Shown one piece after another: positions 1 through 8,508 of a stretch of DNA of 64,000 bases. The stretch's first letter is position 1, and each line of letters opens with the position of its first letter. The stretch is from Candidatus Bathyarchaeia archaeon (GTDB taxonomy: Archaea > Thermoproteota > Bathyarchaeia > Bathyarchaeales > Bathycorpusculaceae): contig DATKKK010000040.1 in NCBI GenBank assembly GCA_035542975.1, positions 13,857 to 77,856 on the forward strand. Reading direction: 5' to 3'. The position numbers and the translations under genes were made by a program. The notes beneath the pieces were generated by a model. The model was not told the DNA's origin and did not search any database. It was given only the letters and a program-made list of their open reading frames with translations.

Positions 1-440
1 ACTATTATTGGAATTTGTTGAACATCTTCAATGGCATGCCCTCTTGCAGCTACAGCTTCTTTCAAGGCGGTAGCGGCTATTGCTGACATCAACGCCAAAT
101 GCTTTTCTTTCCTTGGGATTTGTTTCACGATTTTCTTTTCAGGCGTTGGCGGAAACGGTAATCGTCCTCCAACCATTCCTGGCGCGAAGGCTGCATTTCC
201 CGAGCCGCCTTTGATTCTGGGTACTCTGGATATGCCTGAACCTGTGCCTCGAGATTCAGCTGATGTTCTTTTTCCAGCCATGTAATCTCTGCCCTGAGGC
301 TGAAACCTGCTTGACTGTATTGCAAGAACTGCACGTTTTATGACATCAGGTCTCATTGGAGTCCCAAAAACTTTTGGGAGTTCTATTTTTCCAACAGCCT
401 TTCCTTCGAGGTTGAAAATTTTTGCAGTTTTCTTCGCCAT
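1..440 (-). CDS. rpl4: 50S ribosomal protein uL4 (L4), N-terminal ~146 codons; the gene runs off the window start
   Basis: Own minus-strand translation from ATG at 440-438: MAKKTAKIFNLEGKAVGKIELPKVFGTPMRPDVIKRAVLAIQSSRFQPQGRDYMAGKRTSAESRGTGSGISRVPRIKGGSGNAAFAPGMVGGRLPFPP... Lies immediately downstream of uL3, as in the archaeal L3-L4-L23-L2 operon. Missing from the ORF track because it is open-ended. Confidence 0.85.
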   Translation of the reverse strand, partial: MAKKTAKIFNLEGKAVGKIELPKVFGTPMRPDVIKRAVLAIQSSRFQPQGRDYMAGKRTSAESRGTGSGISRVPRIKGGSGNAAFAPGMVGGRLPFPPTPEKKIVKQIPRKEKHLALMSAIAATALKEAVAARGHAIEDVQQIPII

Positions 441-453
441 CGCTTTTCACGGC

Positions 454-1467
454 TCACTTTCCCTGCGGGGATTCTAAGGATATAAACGTGATTTGAGGCG
501 GTTCTTCCGGCGCGTTTCTCGGCACTCGTGCTGGATAGCGTAGTCGTATTGAACGTTTTTCGGGTCCGGCTATGGTGCCCTCTAGCAGCACGTATGGTCC
601 TTTGATTTCGCCGTATCGTGTGAAGCCTCCTTTTGGCGTTACCTCTTTGCCATCCGCGCCTATTTTGAGGATGCGCTTGTTGTATTCTGTTCTTTGATGA
701 TGCCCCATTTGTCCTGCTCTTGGGGTGCTGTAGGTTACGTGGTGTGGGTTCCATGGACCTAGAGTGGCGATGCCTCTTTTTGTTTTTCTTCCTTTAGCTT
801 GAAGTATGGTTACTCCCCAACGTTTTACAGGTCCCTGGAAGCCTTTTCCTGTGGACACTGATGCTACGTCGACATATTGTCCATCTTTAAACATTTCTGC
901 GGGAGGCACAGTCTTTCCAAGCAAGCCTTTTGCGTATTCAAATTGTTGTTGGATGGTGCCGCCGCCTATTTCTATCTCAGCTAAGTCAGGTTTTTTCTTT
1001 GGCACGCTGGTTTGTCTAGGTTGAGTTGTGGCTATGACGCGGATGTTGGTTATCTTTGCCAAGTTTTCTTCGATTTTTTTGAGGTTTTCATCTGTCTTGA
1101 ATTTTTCTGGAATCGTGAAAACTCGTTCCAAGTCATCTGGCGGATCTTTAAGCCAAGCTTCTGTTAAAGTGCGTAAGCCGTATGACGTTTTTGTGTATGC
1201 TTTTACTGCACAGATGAGTATTGGAGGGGTTTCTAGGACGGTGGCGGAGTGCATGACTTCTTTGCCGAAGTCTGGTGAGCGTTTTTTATCTTCTATCGTA
1301 AAAACATGCGTCATTCCCGCTTTGTAGCATATAAAACCTAATAATCTAGGGTTTGCCGCTTCGATTTTCGGCCAGAAACGGATTCGAGCCAACAAGTGTT
1401 TGGCGCGTTTCCTAGGTAAATATGCGAGCGAACCATGTCTTGGAGCGTGTGTTTTTCGGTGTCCCAT
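454..1467 (-). CDS. rpl3: 50S ribosomal protein uL3 (L3)
   Basis: 337-aa ORF, MGHRKTHAPRHGSLAYLPRKRA..., with TGKGFQGPVKRWG and QMGHHQRTEYNKRI motifs typical of archaeal uL3. Followed by uL4. Confidence 0.95.
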   Translation of the reverse strand: MGHRKTHAPRHGSLAYLPRKRAKHLLARIRFWPKIEAANPRLLGFICYKAGMTHVFTIEDKKRSPDFGKEVMHSATVLETPPILICAVKAYTKTSYGLRTLTEAWLKDPPDDLERVFTIPEKFKTDENLKKIEENLAKITNIRVIATTQPRQTSVPKKKPDLAEIEIGGGTIQQQFEYAKGLLGKTVPPAEMFKDGQYVDVASVSTGKGFQGPVKRWGVTILQAKGRKTKRGIATLGPWNPHHVTYSTPRAGQMGHHQRTEYNKRILKIGADGKEVTPKGGFTRYGEIKGPYVLLEGTIAGPEKRSIRLRYPARVPRNAPEEPPQITFISLESPQGK

Positions 1468-1613
1468 TGTTTCTCCGCTTCGCGTCTTCTAGCAATGAGA
1501 ACGATAAGTTATAAACATTACCGTTAAGATGCAATTTATCGTCTTTCCACGCGGATAAAACAGATGACGTTTATCGTTTTTCAGGCTCAAGCTTGGCTTT
1601 ATTAATCTGTTTT

Positions 1614-1733
1614 TGGCGGGTCCGCGGGGATTTGAACCCCGGTTCTCCGGCTTTCTTCCTCACATCGTCCGGAGGCTTGCGCACCACGTAGCCTTGTGGT
1701 TCGGCGCCTTAATCCGTGCTGGGCAACGGACCC
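1614..1733 (-). tRNA. tRNA gene, 120 nt with encoded CCA, carrying ~30-35 nt of extra internal sequence (intron/s); isotype unresolved
   Basis: Read on the minus strand. Acceptor GGGTCCG/CGGACCC plus discriminator G plus CCA. T-arm CGGGG-TTCAAAT-CCCCG. D-arm GCC-CAGCACGGATTAA-GGC (3-bp stem, long loop, class II-like). The middle ~60 nt contains helices CCAC/GTGG and CTCCGG/CCGGAG, but I could not place a canonical anticodon loop or a 37/38 bulge-helix-bulge intron. Confidence 0.75.
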
Positions 1734-1812
1734 ATGTTATTGTAGAATACACTTTAGCGCAACCAGAATTAACTATTACCCCTTTGCTTCGAGGTTTAAA
1801 TGTCAATGTTTG

Positions 1813-1834
1813 GTTCAACCTATTTATAGGGGGG
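1813..1834 (+). repeat. Copy 1 of the promoter-like repeat GTTSAACCTATTTATAGGGGGG
   Basis: gttcaacctatttatagggggg. Near-identical to 52543-52564 and, in reverse orientation, to 14381-14402. Lies 62 nt past the stop of the minus-strand DUF1805 gene and 80 nt upstream of the tRNA 5' end. Confidence 0.6.
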
Positions 1835-1895
1835 CTAGAGTAGTTTTTGAGCCCCTGGTCAATCTGTAGCTGTCTACCTGTCAACAAGCATGTCT

Positions 1896-2189
1896 TCAAC
1901 ACATACGTTTTAACGCGTCTACCCCTTTCATTCCTGCCTCAACTCCGAAGTTTTTCGCTTTAGAAGTTGCAGCCTTAACCTGTCCGTTAAGCACGTCTTC
2001 GAACGTTTTTACTCCGCTGACTACTGCGGCAGTTACGCCAAGCTTTTCTGCAGTTTCCATGTTCAGAAAACCGCACATTACGAAGCCTTTTTCTGCAATA
2101 ATCACGAGCAAAGGGGGTGAATCAGGAAGCTCAACCTTCACACCTAAACAGTTCTTATCATCAACCTTCACAGGTGCCACACTAATCAT
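1896..2189 (-). CDS. DUF1805 (YunC-like) small protein
   Basis: Real start is taken at the internal ATG (2189): MISVAPVKVDDKNCLGVKVELPDSPPLLVIIAEKGFVMCGFLNMETAEKLGVTAAVVSGVKTFEDVLNGQV... matches my recollection of the ~100-aa YunC/DUF1805 family. The upstream 43 codons of the track ORF look non-coding. Confidence 0.7.
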   Translation of the reverse strand: MISVAPVKVDDKNCLGVKVELPDSPPLLVIIAEKGFVMCGFLNMETAEKLGVTAAVVSGVKTFEDVLNGQVKAATSKAKNFGVEAGMKGVDALKRMC

Positions 2190-2266
2190 ACACAAACACC
2201 TCGTCCACAGATTTTGTCCCGTCCAGCTTAAATAAGAATTGCTAACATAAAAAAACAGAAGCCAAC

Positions 2267-2866
2267 ATGCTAACCAAACTAAAACAGCAAATCCAACAGA
2301 TGCTTGCAACCGAAGCAAGAATAGCCCATAGATTACGGCTGACGCCGAACAGGATAAGCATCATAGGCGTAATCCTAGCCCTTCTCGCCTCACTCGCATA
2401 TATGGAATGGCAAAGCAACAAGTTCTACTTGCTAGTTGCGGCTGTTTTGTTGTTGTTATCGGGTTTTTGTGACGCCCTAGATGGCGTGGTAGCTAGGCTA
2501 TACCAGCAAGCAACGCCTTTCGGCGGTTTTCTCGACTCGTTATTAGACAGGTATGCCGACGCTGCAGTTTACTTGGGCATAATCATAAGCGGGTTGTGTG
2601 ATGTTCTATGGGGTTCAGTCGCCATCATCGGGTCTCTGCTCGTAAGCTACAGTCGAGCGCGAGCAGAAGCAGCAGGGATAAAAATGGAGTCCGTAGGATT
2701 GGCAGAAAGAGCCGAACGCATAATCATTCTATTCATAGCCACTTTGGCAGCATTTATCTGGCAACCACAAACAATAATGAATTACAGCATGATTCTGCTT
2801 GCCATACTTTCAAACCTCACCGTTCTGCAACGAACCTATTACGCATACAAAAAATTGAGAAAATGA
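2267..2866 (+). CDS. CDP-alcohol phosphatidyltransferase family (archaeal polar-lipid headgroup synthase)
   Basis: Signature DALDGVVARLYQQATPFGGFLDSLLDRYAD (D-G-x2-A-R-x8-G-x3-D-x3-D) in a multi-TM 199-aa protein. Confidence 0.85.
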   Translation: MLTKLKQQIQQMLATEARIAHRLRLTPNRISIIGVILALLASLAYMEWQSNKFYLLVAAVLLLLSGFCDALDGVVARLYQQATPFGGFLDSLLDRYADAAVYLGIIISGLCDVLWGSVAIIGSLLVSYSRARAEAAGIKMESVGLAERAERIIILFIATLAAFIWQPQTIMNYSMILLAILSNLTVLQRTYYAYKKLRK

Positions 2867-2873
2867 GAAACTG

Positions 2874-3167
2874 CTAGAATCGTCTTCTCTTCATGCGCAT
2901 GTGCCGCTCGCTTTCCGCTCTGACTTTCACGATGCCCCTGTGAACCGCACACGAAACACAGTAATATTTCGTGTCTACAGGCGCAGCGATATACGTGCCC
3001 TTCTGGCGAAGCTCCTTCGCCAACTGAGCATCAACGATCGAAAGCCTGCGAGTTGATTTCTTAGCTTTGTCCCGCGGCACCATCGAACCGCAACCAGCGC
3101 ACTGTACAGTACCGCCGCTACCTTTACTGCCTTTGGATCTTCCACGACTTTTTCGTTTAAACGGCAA
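2874..3167 (-). CDS. rps26e: 30S ribosomal protein eS26
   Basis: MPFKRKSRGRSKGSKGSGGTVQCAGCGSMVPRDKA...YYCVSCAVHRGIV: basic N-terminus plus the CxxC...CxxC zinc ribbon typical of eS26. Confidence 0.85.
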   Translation of the reverse strand: MPFKRKSRGRSKGSKGSGGTVQCAGCGSMVPRDKAKKSTRRLSIVDAQLAKELRQKGTYIAAPVDTKYYCVSCAVHRGIVKVRAESERHMRMKRRRF

Positions 3168-3211
3168 ATTCTCGCCTCAAATTGACTCCACAACTAAATA
3201 TGGTGGCTTAT

Positions 3212-4099
3212 TTATATATCTGTTCTCAACTTCAGGAGCGCAGCAATGTTAGCCTGCGCATCAATCTTAGGAATAATCTTGCCGCTTGATGACGTAAACA
3301 ACGTCGTAACTCCTGGACCATGACCAGATGAAACACAGTTCGTATGCACGACGATGCCGACAGATACTGCGCCCTGTCGGTAAATTCTACCGTAAGAATG
3401 GTCTGCGTCTATAATAGCCACAAGGTCTCCTAACCGCAAACTTTCAAGCCCATACTGCTTGCTAACTCTTTTATCGAATAGCTGGATGTCTGAGTCGCCT
3501 GAATATGCTTGATTCATTCCCAGACCTGAACCTATTATCGCTGCTGGAACAATATGCGTGACTGGAACCTCCAGTTTATCGACTTTAGGCTTCGGTTTCA
3601 AAACTTTGAGAAAACGCGGGTCAAGGTTCATCACCGTTATCTCCGGAAAATCCAGAAACTTTAAGCCAACGCCAAAAGCCTTCACGAGAATCTTGTCGCC
3701 TAGCAAAAGCTTCTCAAGAGTTTCTGGAGCAAAGTCCATCAGCACGTGGTCTACTCCGCCGTGTTTTCCGGTAACCACACCTTTCGCGCCTTTTGCATCG
3801 CCCGTAACCACGGTTGCCTCGTTTCCAACGCATGAAAGCACGTTAAAAGCAGTGTTCGCACCCTGCCCAGAACGCGCATCGTTTTCCTTGTTTTCCACGC
3901 TTACGCCAGGCTCAACATGATCTGCCTGCCATCCGCACGCAGGGTCGCCGACTCTAACGTTGTAGGTGATTCCTCCGACGCTTGGCAAAACCATAGGCTT
4001 GCCTTCGGCAGAGACATTGTAGATGTTTTTGATAACTGGGCTGACTACTTCGCCGACGACTGAGAGTTTGACGAGTTTATTTTCGTTCGTTTTTAGCAT
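3212..4099 (-). CDS. Conserved hypothetical protein (DUF4438-like by recollection)
   Basis: 295-aa soluble ORF with clean coding character (...GITYNVRVGDPACGWQADHVEPGVSV...GKHGGVDHVLMDF...). The family name is unverified. Confidence 0.55.
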   Translation of the reverse strand: MLKTNENKLVKLSVVGEVVSPVIKNIYNVSAEGKPMVLPSVGGITYNVRVGDPACGWQADHVEPGVSVENKENDARSGQGANTAFNVLSCVGNEATVVTGDAKGAKGVVTGKHGGVDHVLMDFAPETLEKLLLGDKILVKAFGVGLKFLDFPEITVMNLDPRFLKVLKPKPKVDKLEVPVTHIVPAAIIGSGLGMNQAYSGDSDIQLFDKRVSKQYGLESLRLGDLVAIIDADHSYGRIYRQGAVSVGIVVHTNCVSSGHGPGVTTLFTSSSGKIIPKIDAQANIAALLKLRTDI

Positions 4100-4267
4100 G
4101 TTGTTGGTTCTCGCCTTGGTTTAGTGTTTTAGCAAGCAGATGCTAATAAAGCTCTCATTTGAAGGCGAAACTGTTTGTCTTTGTAGAACATGACAAGTTT
4201 TAAATGTGTGGTTTTTATTGAGTTGAGATGAAGTACAGTTTAGTGAGCTAACGCTTCGTTTGCGTGG

Positions 4268-4858
4268 TTGATTGCGATGGCAGACATTGGATTGAGGACA
4301 AAGATGCTGGTTAAGGATGTTATGAGTAGCCCAGTCGTGACTATAGATGAAGATGCACCGGTAAACCGTGTTGCAGAACTCATGGACAAAGATGATTTGG
4401 GCTGTATAATAATTACAGACAAAGAAGGAAAACCTCTGGGGATTTTGACTGAAAGAGATCTTGTTGTAAGAGTCTTGGCTAAAAATGTTCTACCTGACTC
4501 GGTGAAGACTAAGGAGGTTATGACTTCGCCACTGATCACGATAGAACCTGACGCAACAATAAACGATGCAGCTAGAAGAATGAGCAGACTGAACATCAGA
4601 AGACTGGGCGTAGTGTACAAGATGCGCCTTGTAGGGCTACTTTCAGCAAAAGACATTCTAGGCGTCATGCCTGAACTCATAGAAACTATTCAGGAACGCG
4701 CACTCATAGAAGGTGCGAGCAGAGAAGAAATCGAGAAGGAATCAGCCCCCTTGGCTGGAAACTGCGATCACTGCGGAGTTTGGTCTGACGACTTGCAGCA
4801 AGTTAACGGAGAATATCTTTGCGAAGACTGCAGAGTTGAGTTAGAAAGCGAGGAATGA
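4268..4858 (+). CDS. CBS-domain pair protein with a C-terminal zinc ribbon
   Basis: Two CBS repeats (VKDVMSSPVVTIDEDAPV..., TKEVMTSPLITIEPDATI...) plus CDHCGVWSDD...YLCEDC. TTG at 4268 or ATG at 4277. The stop overlaps the next start (ATGA). Confidence 0.85.
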   Translation: MIAMADIGLRTKMLVKDVMSSPVVTIDEDAPVNRVAELMDKDDLGCIIITDKEGKPLGILTERDLVVRVLAKNVLPDSVKTKEVMTSPLITIEPDATINDAARRMSRLNIRRLGVVYKMRLVGLLSAKDILGVMPELIETIQERALIEGASREEIEKESAPLAGNCDHCGVWSDDLQQVNGEYLCEDCRVELESEE

Positions 4859-5655
4859 GAGGCTATTCCTTGCGTGTCAAAGAAATCATGGATAACAAAC
4901 ATCCATTCATCTATGAAGACGACCTTGCAACCAAAGCCCGCGCAACGATAAGAAACTTCAGCTTAAGAATTCTCCCTGTAACAGACAAAAACAAAAAACT
5001 TTTAGGCGTAGTATCCCGCGGCGACATCTTAACCATTTCGTCCTCTGTTTCACCATTAAGAGCCAAAGGCGTAATGACTCTTCCTAAAAAAATAGCAACC
5101 ACAGAAGACGACGCCTACTCAACAGTCAAAGAGCTCATTCAGCTGGGCAAATGGTACGCGCCAGTTGTTAACTCAATCCAAGATAAGATTTACGTGGGAG
5201 TTTTAGGGCTTGAAAACTTCATCGAAGCCGTAATTAGGATAAATCCAGAAAAGCTGGCTAAACCTGTTTCGGAGATAATGTCAAAAGACGTCGCAACATG
5301 CTCGCCTGAGGATGAAATTGACAACATTTGGCGGTTGATGCAGACCAAAGCCGTGGCAGGATTGCCAGTTGTTAAAAAAGAAAAATTAGCAGGGATTGTA
5401 ACACAGAAAGACCTTCTTGACGGCGGAGAGACTTTGCCGACGTTTGAGGCGAAAAAAGGGCGTTTCAGAACTACCCGTCAAGTTTCTTCGATAATGAAGA
5501 CGGAAGTAATAACCGTGAATCCAGAGGTAAAAGTGATCAGCGTTGCAAAGGTTATGGTTTCAAAAGACATTGGACGAGTTCCAGTGACGGATAAGGAGAA
5601 AAGGCTAATTGGCATGGTTGATCGAGAAGACGTTGCCAGATTGCTTGTAACATGA
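4855..5655 (+). CDS. CBS-domain protein (four CBS repeats)
   Basis: Repeated CBS signatures (LPVTDKNKKLLGVVSRGDIL; GLPVVKKEKLAGIVTQKDLL; RVPVTDKEKRLIGMVDREDV). ATGA overlaps on both sides. Confidence 0.85.
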   Translation: MRGYSLRVKEIMDNKHPFIYEDDLATKARATIRNFSLRILPVTDKNKKLLGVVSRGDILTISSSVSPLRAKGVMTLPKKIATTEDDAYSTVKELIQLGKWYAPVVNSIQDKIYVGVLGLENFIEAVIRINPEKLAKPVSEIMSKDVATCSPEDEIDNIWRLMQTKAVAGLPVVKKEKLAGIVTQKDLLDGGETLPTFEAKKGRFRTTRQVSSIMKTEVITVNPEVKVISVAKVMVSKDIGRVPVTDKEKRLIGMVDREDVARLLVT

Positions 5656-6581
5656 TAGAAGGGAGAGATAAATTGAGCAGAGAAGGCTTCAGAAGAACTC
5701 TGAGAGAAAAAGGCCAACTTTCGCTGAAGGCTCATCCAACGAAAAAACGTGAAGGCGAAATCTTGCATGTTGCCAAAGGTTCAGTGATAACCATGCCGTC
5801 TACCACGACAATTTATGACGCGATAAAAATTATGGCGAAAGAAGGCTTCCGACGCATACCAATAGCGAACCCCTCCACAAAGCGTCTGGAAGGAATAGTA
5901 ACAGCCACAGACATAATTGACTATATTGGCGGCGGAGAAAAATTCGGGATTATTCAACAAAAGTTCGGGGGAAACTTCTTCAAAGCCATAAACGAACCGA
6001 TGAAACTTGTAATGACGAAAGAAGTCGTTTCAATCAAGGCCTCTGCGAAAGTTAGCGAAGCATTAGAGTTGATGAAAGCGAAAAACCTTGGTGGCTTGCC
6101 TGTGGTTGATGAGGATAACCGTGTGAAGGCGATAATCACGGAGCGAGACATCGCAATCATGTTTGCTGATAGAATGAGCGGCGTGAAAGTTGCCCAGTTG
6201 ATGTCGGAAAAACTGGTTACGGCGTTGCCTAGAACCACTATTTTTGAGGCTGAAAAAACGATGGTTGCGCAGGGGTTTAGAAGACTGCCTATAGTTTTTG
6301 ACGGCAAACTGATGGGCATAATAACCACCATGGACATTATACGGTTCTTCGGCTCTGGAGAAGTGTTCAAATACCTACGTTCAGGCACCATCATACAAGT
6401 CCTGAACACACCTGCACTTGAGATTGCAACGAAACAAGTGGCAACCATAACGCCAGACGCTGATGTTGGTCAAGCAGCCAAGGTGATGCAGGAGAAACAT
6501 ATAGGAGCTTTACCCGTTGTTAAAAACGAAAAACTTGCAGGCATGATAACAGAAAGAGACTTCTTCAAGATAATAGAGTAA
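5652..6581 (+). CDS. CBS-domain protein (four CBS repeats)
   Basis: RIPIANPSTKRLEGIVTATDII; GLPVVDEDNRVKAIITERDI; RLPIVFDGKLMGIITTMDII; ALPVVKNEKLAGMITERDF. Confidence 0.85.
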   Translation: MIEGRDKLSREGFRRTLREKGQLSLKAHPTKKREGEILHVAKGSVITMPSTTTIYDAIKIMAKEGFRRIPIANPSTKRLEGIVTATDIIDYIGGGEKFGIIQQKFGGNFFKAINEPMKLVMTKEVVSIKASAKVSEALELMKAKNLGGLPVVDEDNRVKAIITERDIAIMFADRMSGVKVAQLMSEKLVTALPRTTIFEAEKTMVAQGFRRLPIVFDGKLMGIITTMDIIRFFGSGEVFKYLRSGTIIQVLNTPALEIATKQVATITPDADVGQAAKVMQEKHIGALPVVKNEKLAGMITERDFFKIIE

Positions 6582-6612
6582 ACTTTAACACCCATTTTCC
6601 ACATTATTCTAG

Positions 6613-7971
6613 ATGACGAGAGAACCCGACTTGATAGCTGACCTAGTGCTAAACAATGCAAAAGCATACGTGAGAAACGAGGTAGTTGACTGCAGCATTG
6701 CGGTGGAAGAAGGAAAGATCTTCAAAATCGGCAAAGAAACCAACATGCCTAACGCGGATGAAAAAATCAACTTAGCACGCCTTCTAGTTTTACCTGGCTT
6801 GATAGACGCTCATGTGCATCTTAGGGATGAAGGAAAAACATACAAAGAGGATTTTTACAGCGGAACAGCCGCCGCAGCGGTAGGCGGAATAACAACGGTT
6901 CTGGATATGCCCAACAACGACCCCGTAACTATGAGCACTCTGACGTTAAGAAATCGGATGGATAAAGCTGAAAAGAAAATTTTGGTTAATGTTGGCTTCT
7001 TCTCCGAGTTTCCGAAAAACATGAACGAAATCAAGCAGATCGTCGAAGAAGGCGCAGTTGCCTTTAAACTTTTTATGGCGGAACAAGTCGGCGGATTGAA
7101 TATCGATGACGATTCGAAGTTGCTGGAAGTGTTCAAAATCGTCTGCAAATTGAATGTTCCTTTGGCGGTTCATGCTGAAGACAAGGAAATGTTGAAGAAG
7201 ACTGAGAATGAACTGAAACGTGCTAAACATAATGATATCGAAGCTTTTCTCAAGGCACATTCTGAAGAAGTTGAAGCAAAAGCAGTTAAACGTGTATTGA
7301 AAATCGCGAAGCAAGCAGGCGCACGTGTGCATTTTTGTCATGTAACCACGAAGAACGCTTTAGAAGCGGTAACTGAAGCTAAAAAATCTGGGGCACAAGT
7401 AACTTGCGAGACGACGCCGCACAACCTGCTTCTGTCTATTGATGATTTGAAACGGATAGGAACCCTTGCGATAACGATGCCACCTGTACGTAGTAGAACT
7501 CACGTTGAAGCTCTTTGGGAAGGCATTAGGAGCCATGGGGTTGACATTATCGGCTCTGACCATGCACCACATCTTTTGGATGAAAAACAAAACGAATCAG
7601 TTTGGAATGTGAAGGTCGGCATACCAGGCTTAGAAACCACTCTTCCGCTTCTGCTTACTGAGATAAAACGTGGTAAGTTGTCAATAGGCGACATAGTTAG
7701 GCTTATGGCTGAAAAACCCGCTGAAATCTACGGTTTGAAAGACAGAGGCGTCTTAAAGGCGGGCAATCGCGCGGATTTGACAGTTTTAGATTTGAGTCGA
7801 AAATACAAGATTGATGCCTCGCGTTTCAAGTCAAAAGCAAAGTACTCGCCATTTGACGGCTGGCCTGTTGAAGGAAAACCAGTTAAAACGTTCGTCAACG
7901 GTCACCTACTTTCTGATGACGGCGACATAGTTGCCAAAGCTGGAAGTGGAGAGGTAATTCGGAGAACCTAG
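6613..7971 (+). CDS. pyrC: Dihydroorotase (cyclic amidohydrolase superfamily)
   Basis: 452 aa; LPGLIDAHVHLRDEG metal-binding HxH motif, ...AFKLFMAE..., HAED, GSDHAPH. Typical archaeal PyrC length. Confidence 0.8.
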   Translation: MTREPDLIADLVLNNAKAYVRNEVVDCSIAVEEGKIFKIGKETNMPNADEKINLARLLVLPGLIDAHVHLRDEGKTYKEDFYSGTAAAAVGGITTVLDMPNNDPVTMSTLTLRNRMDKAEKKILVNVGFFSEFPKNMNEIKQIVEEGAVAFKLFMAEQVGGLNIDDDSKLLEVFKIVCKLNVPLAVHAEDKEMLKKTENELKRAKHNDIEAFLKAHSEEVEAKAVKRVLKIAKQAGARVHFCHVTTKNALEAVTEAKKSGAQVTCETTPHNLLLSIDDLKRIGTLAITMPPVRSRTHVEALWEGIRSHGVDIIGSDHAPHLLDEKQNESVWNVKVGIPGLETTLPLLLTEIKRGKLSIGDIVRLMAEKPAEIYGLKDRGVLKAGNRADLTVLDLSRKYKIDASRFKSKAKYSPFDGWPVEGKPVKTFVNGHLLSDDGDIVAKAGSGEVIRRT

Positions 7972-7974
7972 ATA

Positions 7975-8508
7975 TTGAAGTTCATTGCTGATGGAATGCT
8001 TGGAAGATTAACACGGTGGCTTCGACTGCTAGGCTATGACGTGAAATACTCGAGTAACATGGAAGACAAACAGTTAATCGCGATTGCAAAGAAGGAAAAA
8101 CGAATACTGCTCACCCGAGACTTTGAGCTTTACCAACAAGCCACGGCAAAAGGACTCGACACGTTTTATGTAACGGGACAAACACAAGACGAAAAGCTCG
8201 CCGAGCTTGCTAAAAGGTTTGGTATAAAGCTGGAAGTTGACATGTCAACATCCAGGTGTCCCAAATGCAATACAAAAGTTAAGCCGATCATGAAAGAAAA
8301 AATCGCAGAAAAAGTGGAAGAGAACACTTTTGCTCATTACAATGAGTTCTGGGCATGCCCAAAATGCAAGCAAATCTACTGGCAAGGAGCGCACTGGACA
8401 AAGATTCGAAAAACCCTAGACAAAGCAAACGAAATTCTTCTGATGATCAGTAAAAACATTAAAAGTAAAGACTTGGAAGAAATGAATTTTGAGGGTGATG
8501 ACGTTTGA
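7975..8508 (+). CDS. Mut7-C (DUF82) PIN-like RNase domain protein with a zinc ribbon
   Basis: (TTG)KFIADGMLGRLTRWLRLLGYDV...ILLTRD...CPKCNT...WACPKCKQIYWQGAHW is the family hallmark. Starts 3 nt after the pyrC stop. Confidence 0.8.
   Translation: MKFIADGMLGRLTRWLRLLGYDVKYSSNMEDKQLIAIAKKEKRILLTRDFELYQQATAKGLDTFYVTGQTQDEKLAELAKRFGIKLEVDMSTSRCPKCNTKVKPIMKEKIAEKVEENTFAHYNEFWACPKCKQIYWQGAHWTKIRKTLDKANEILLMISKNIKSKDLEEMNFEGDDV

Noticed and set aside
7969-7977. pyrC (TAG at 7969-7971) and the Mut7-C gene (TTG at 7975) lie in the same frame, suggesting a read-through fusion.
   Set aside because: Same-frame adjacency has a one-in-three chance. PyrC ends at a normal length and Mut7-C begins with its family-typical MKFxADxMLG N-terminus.
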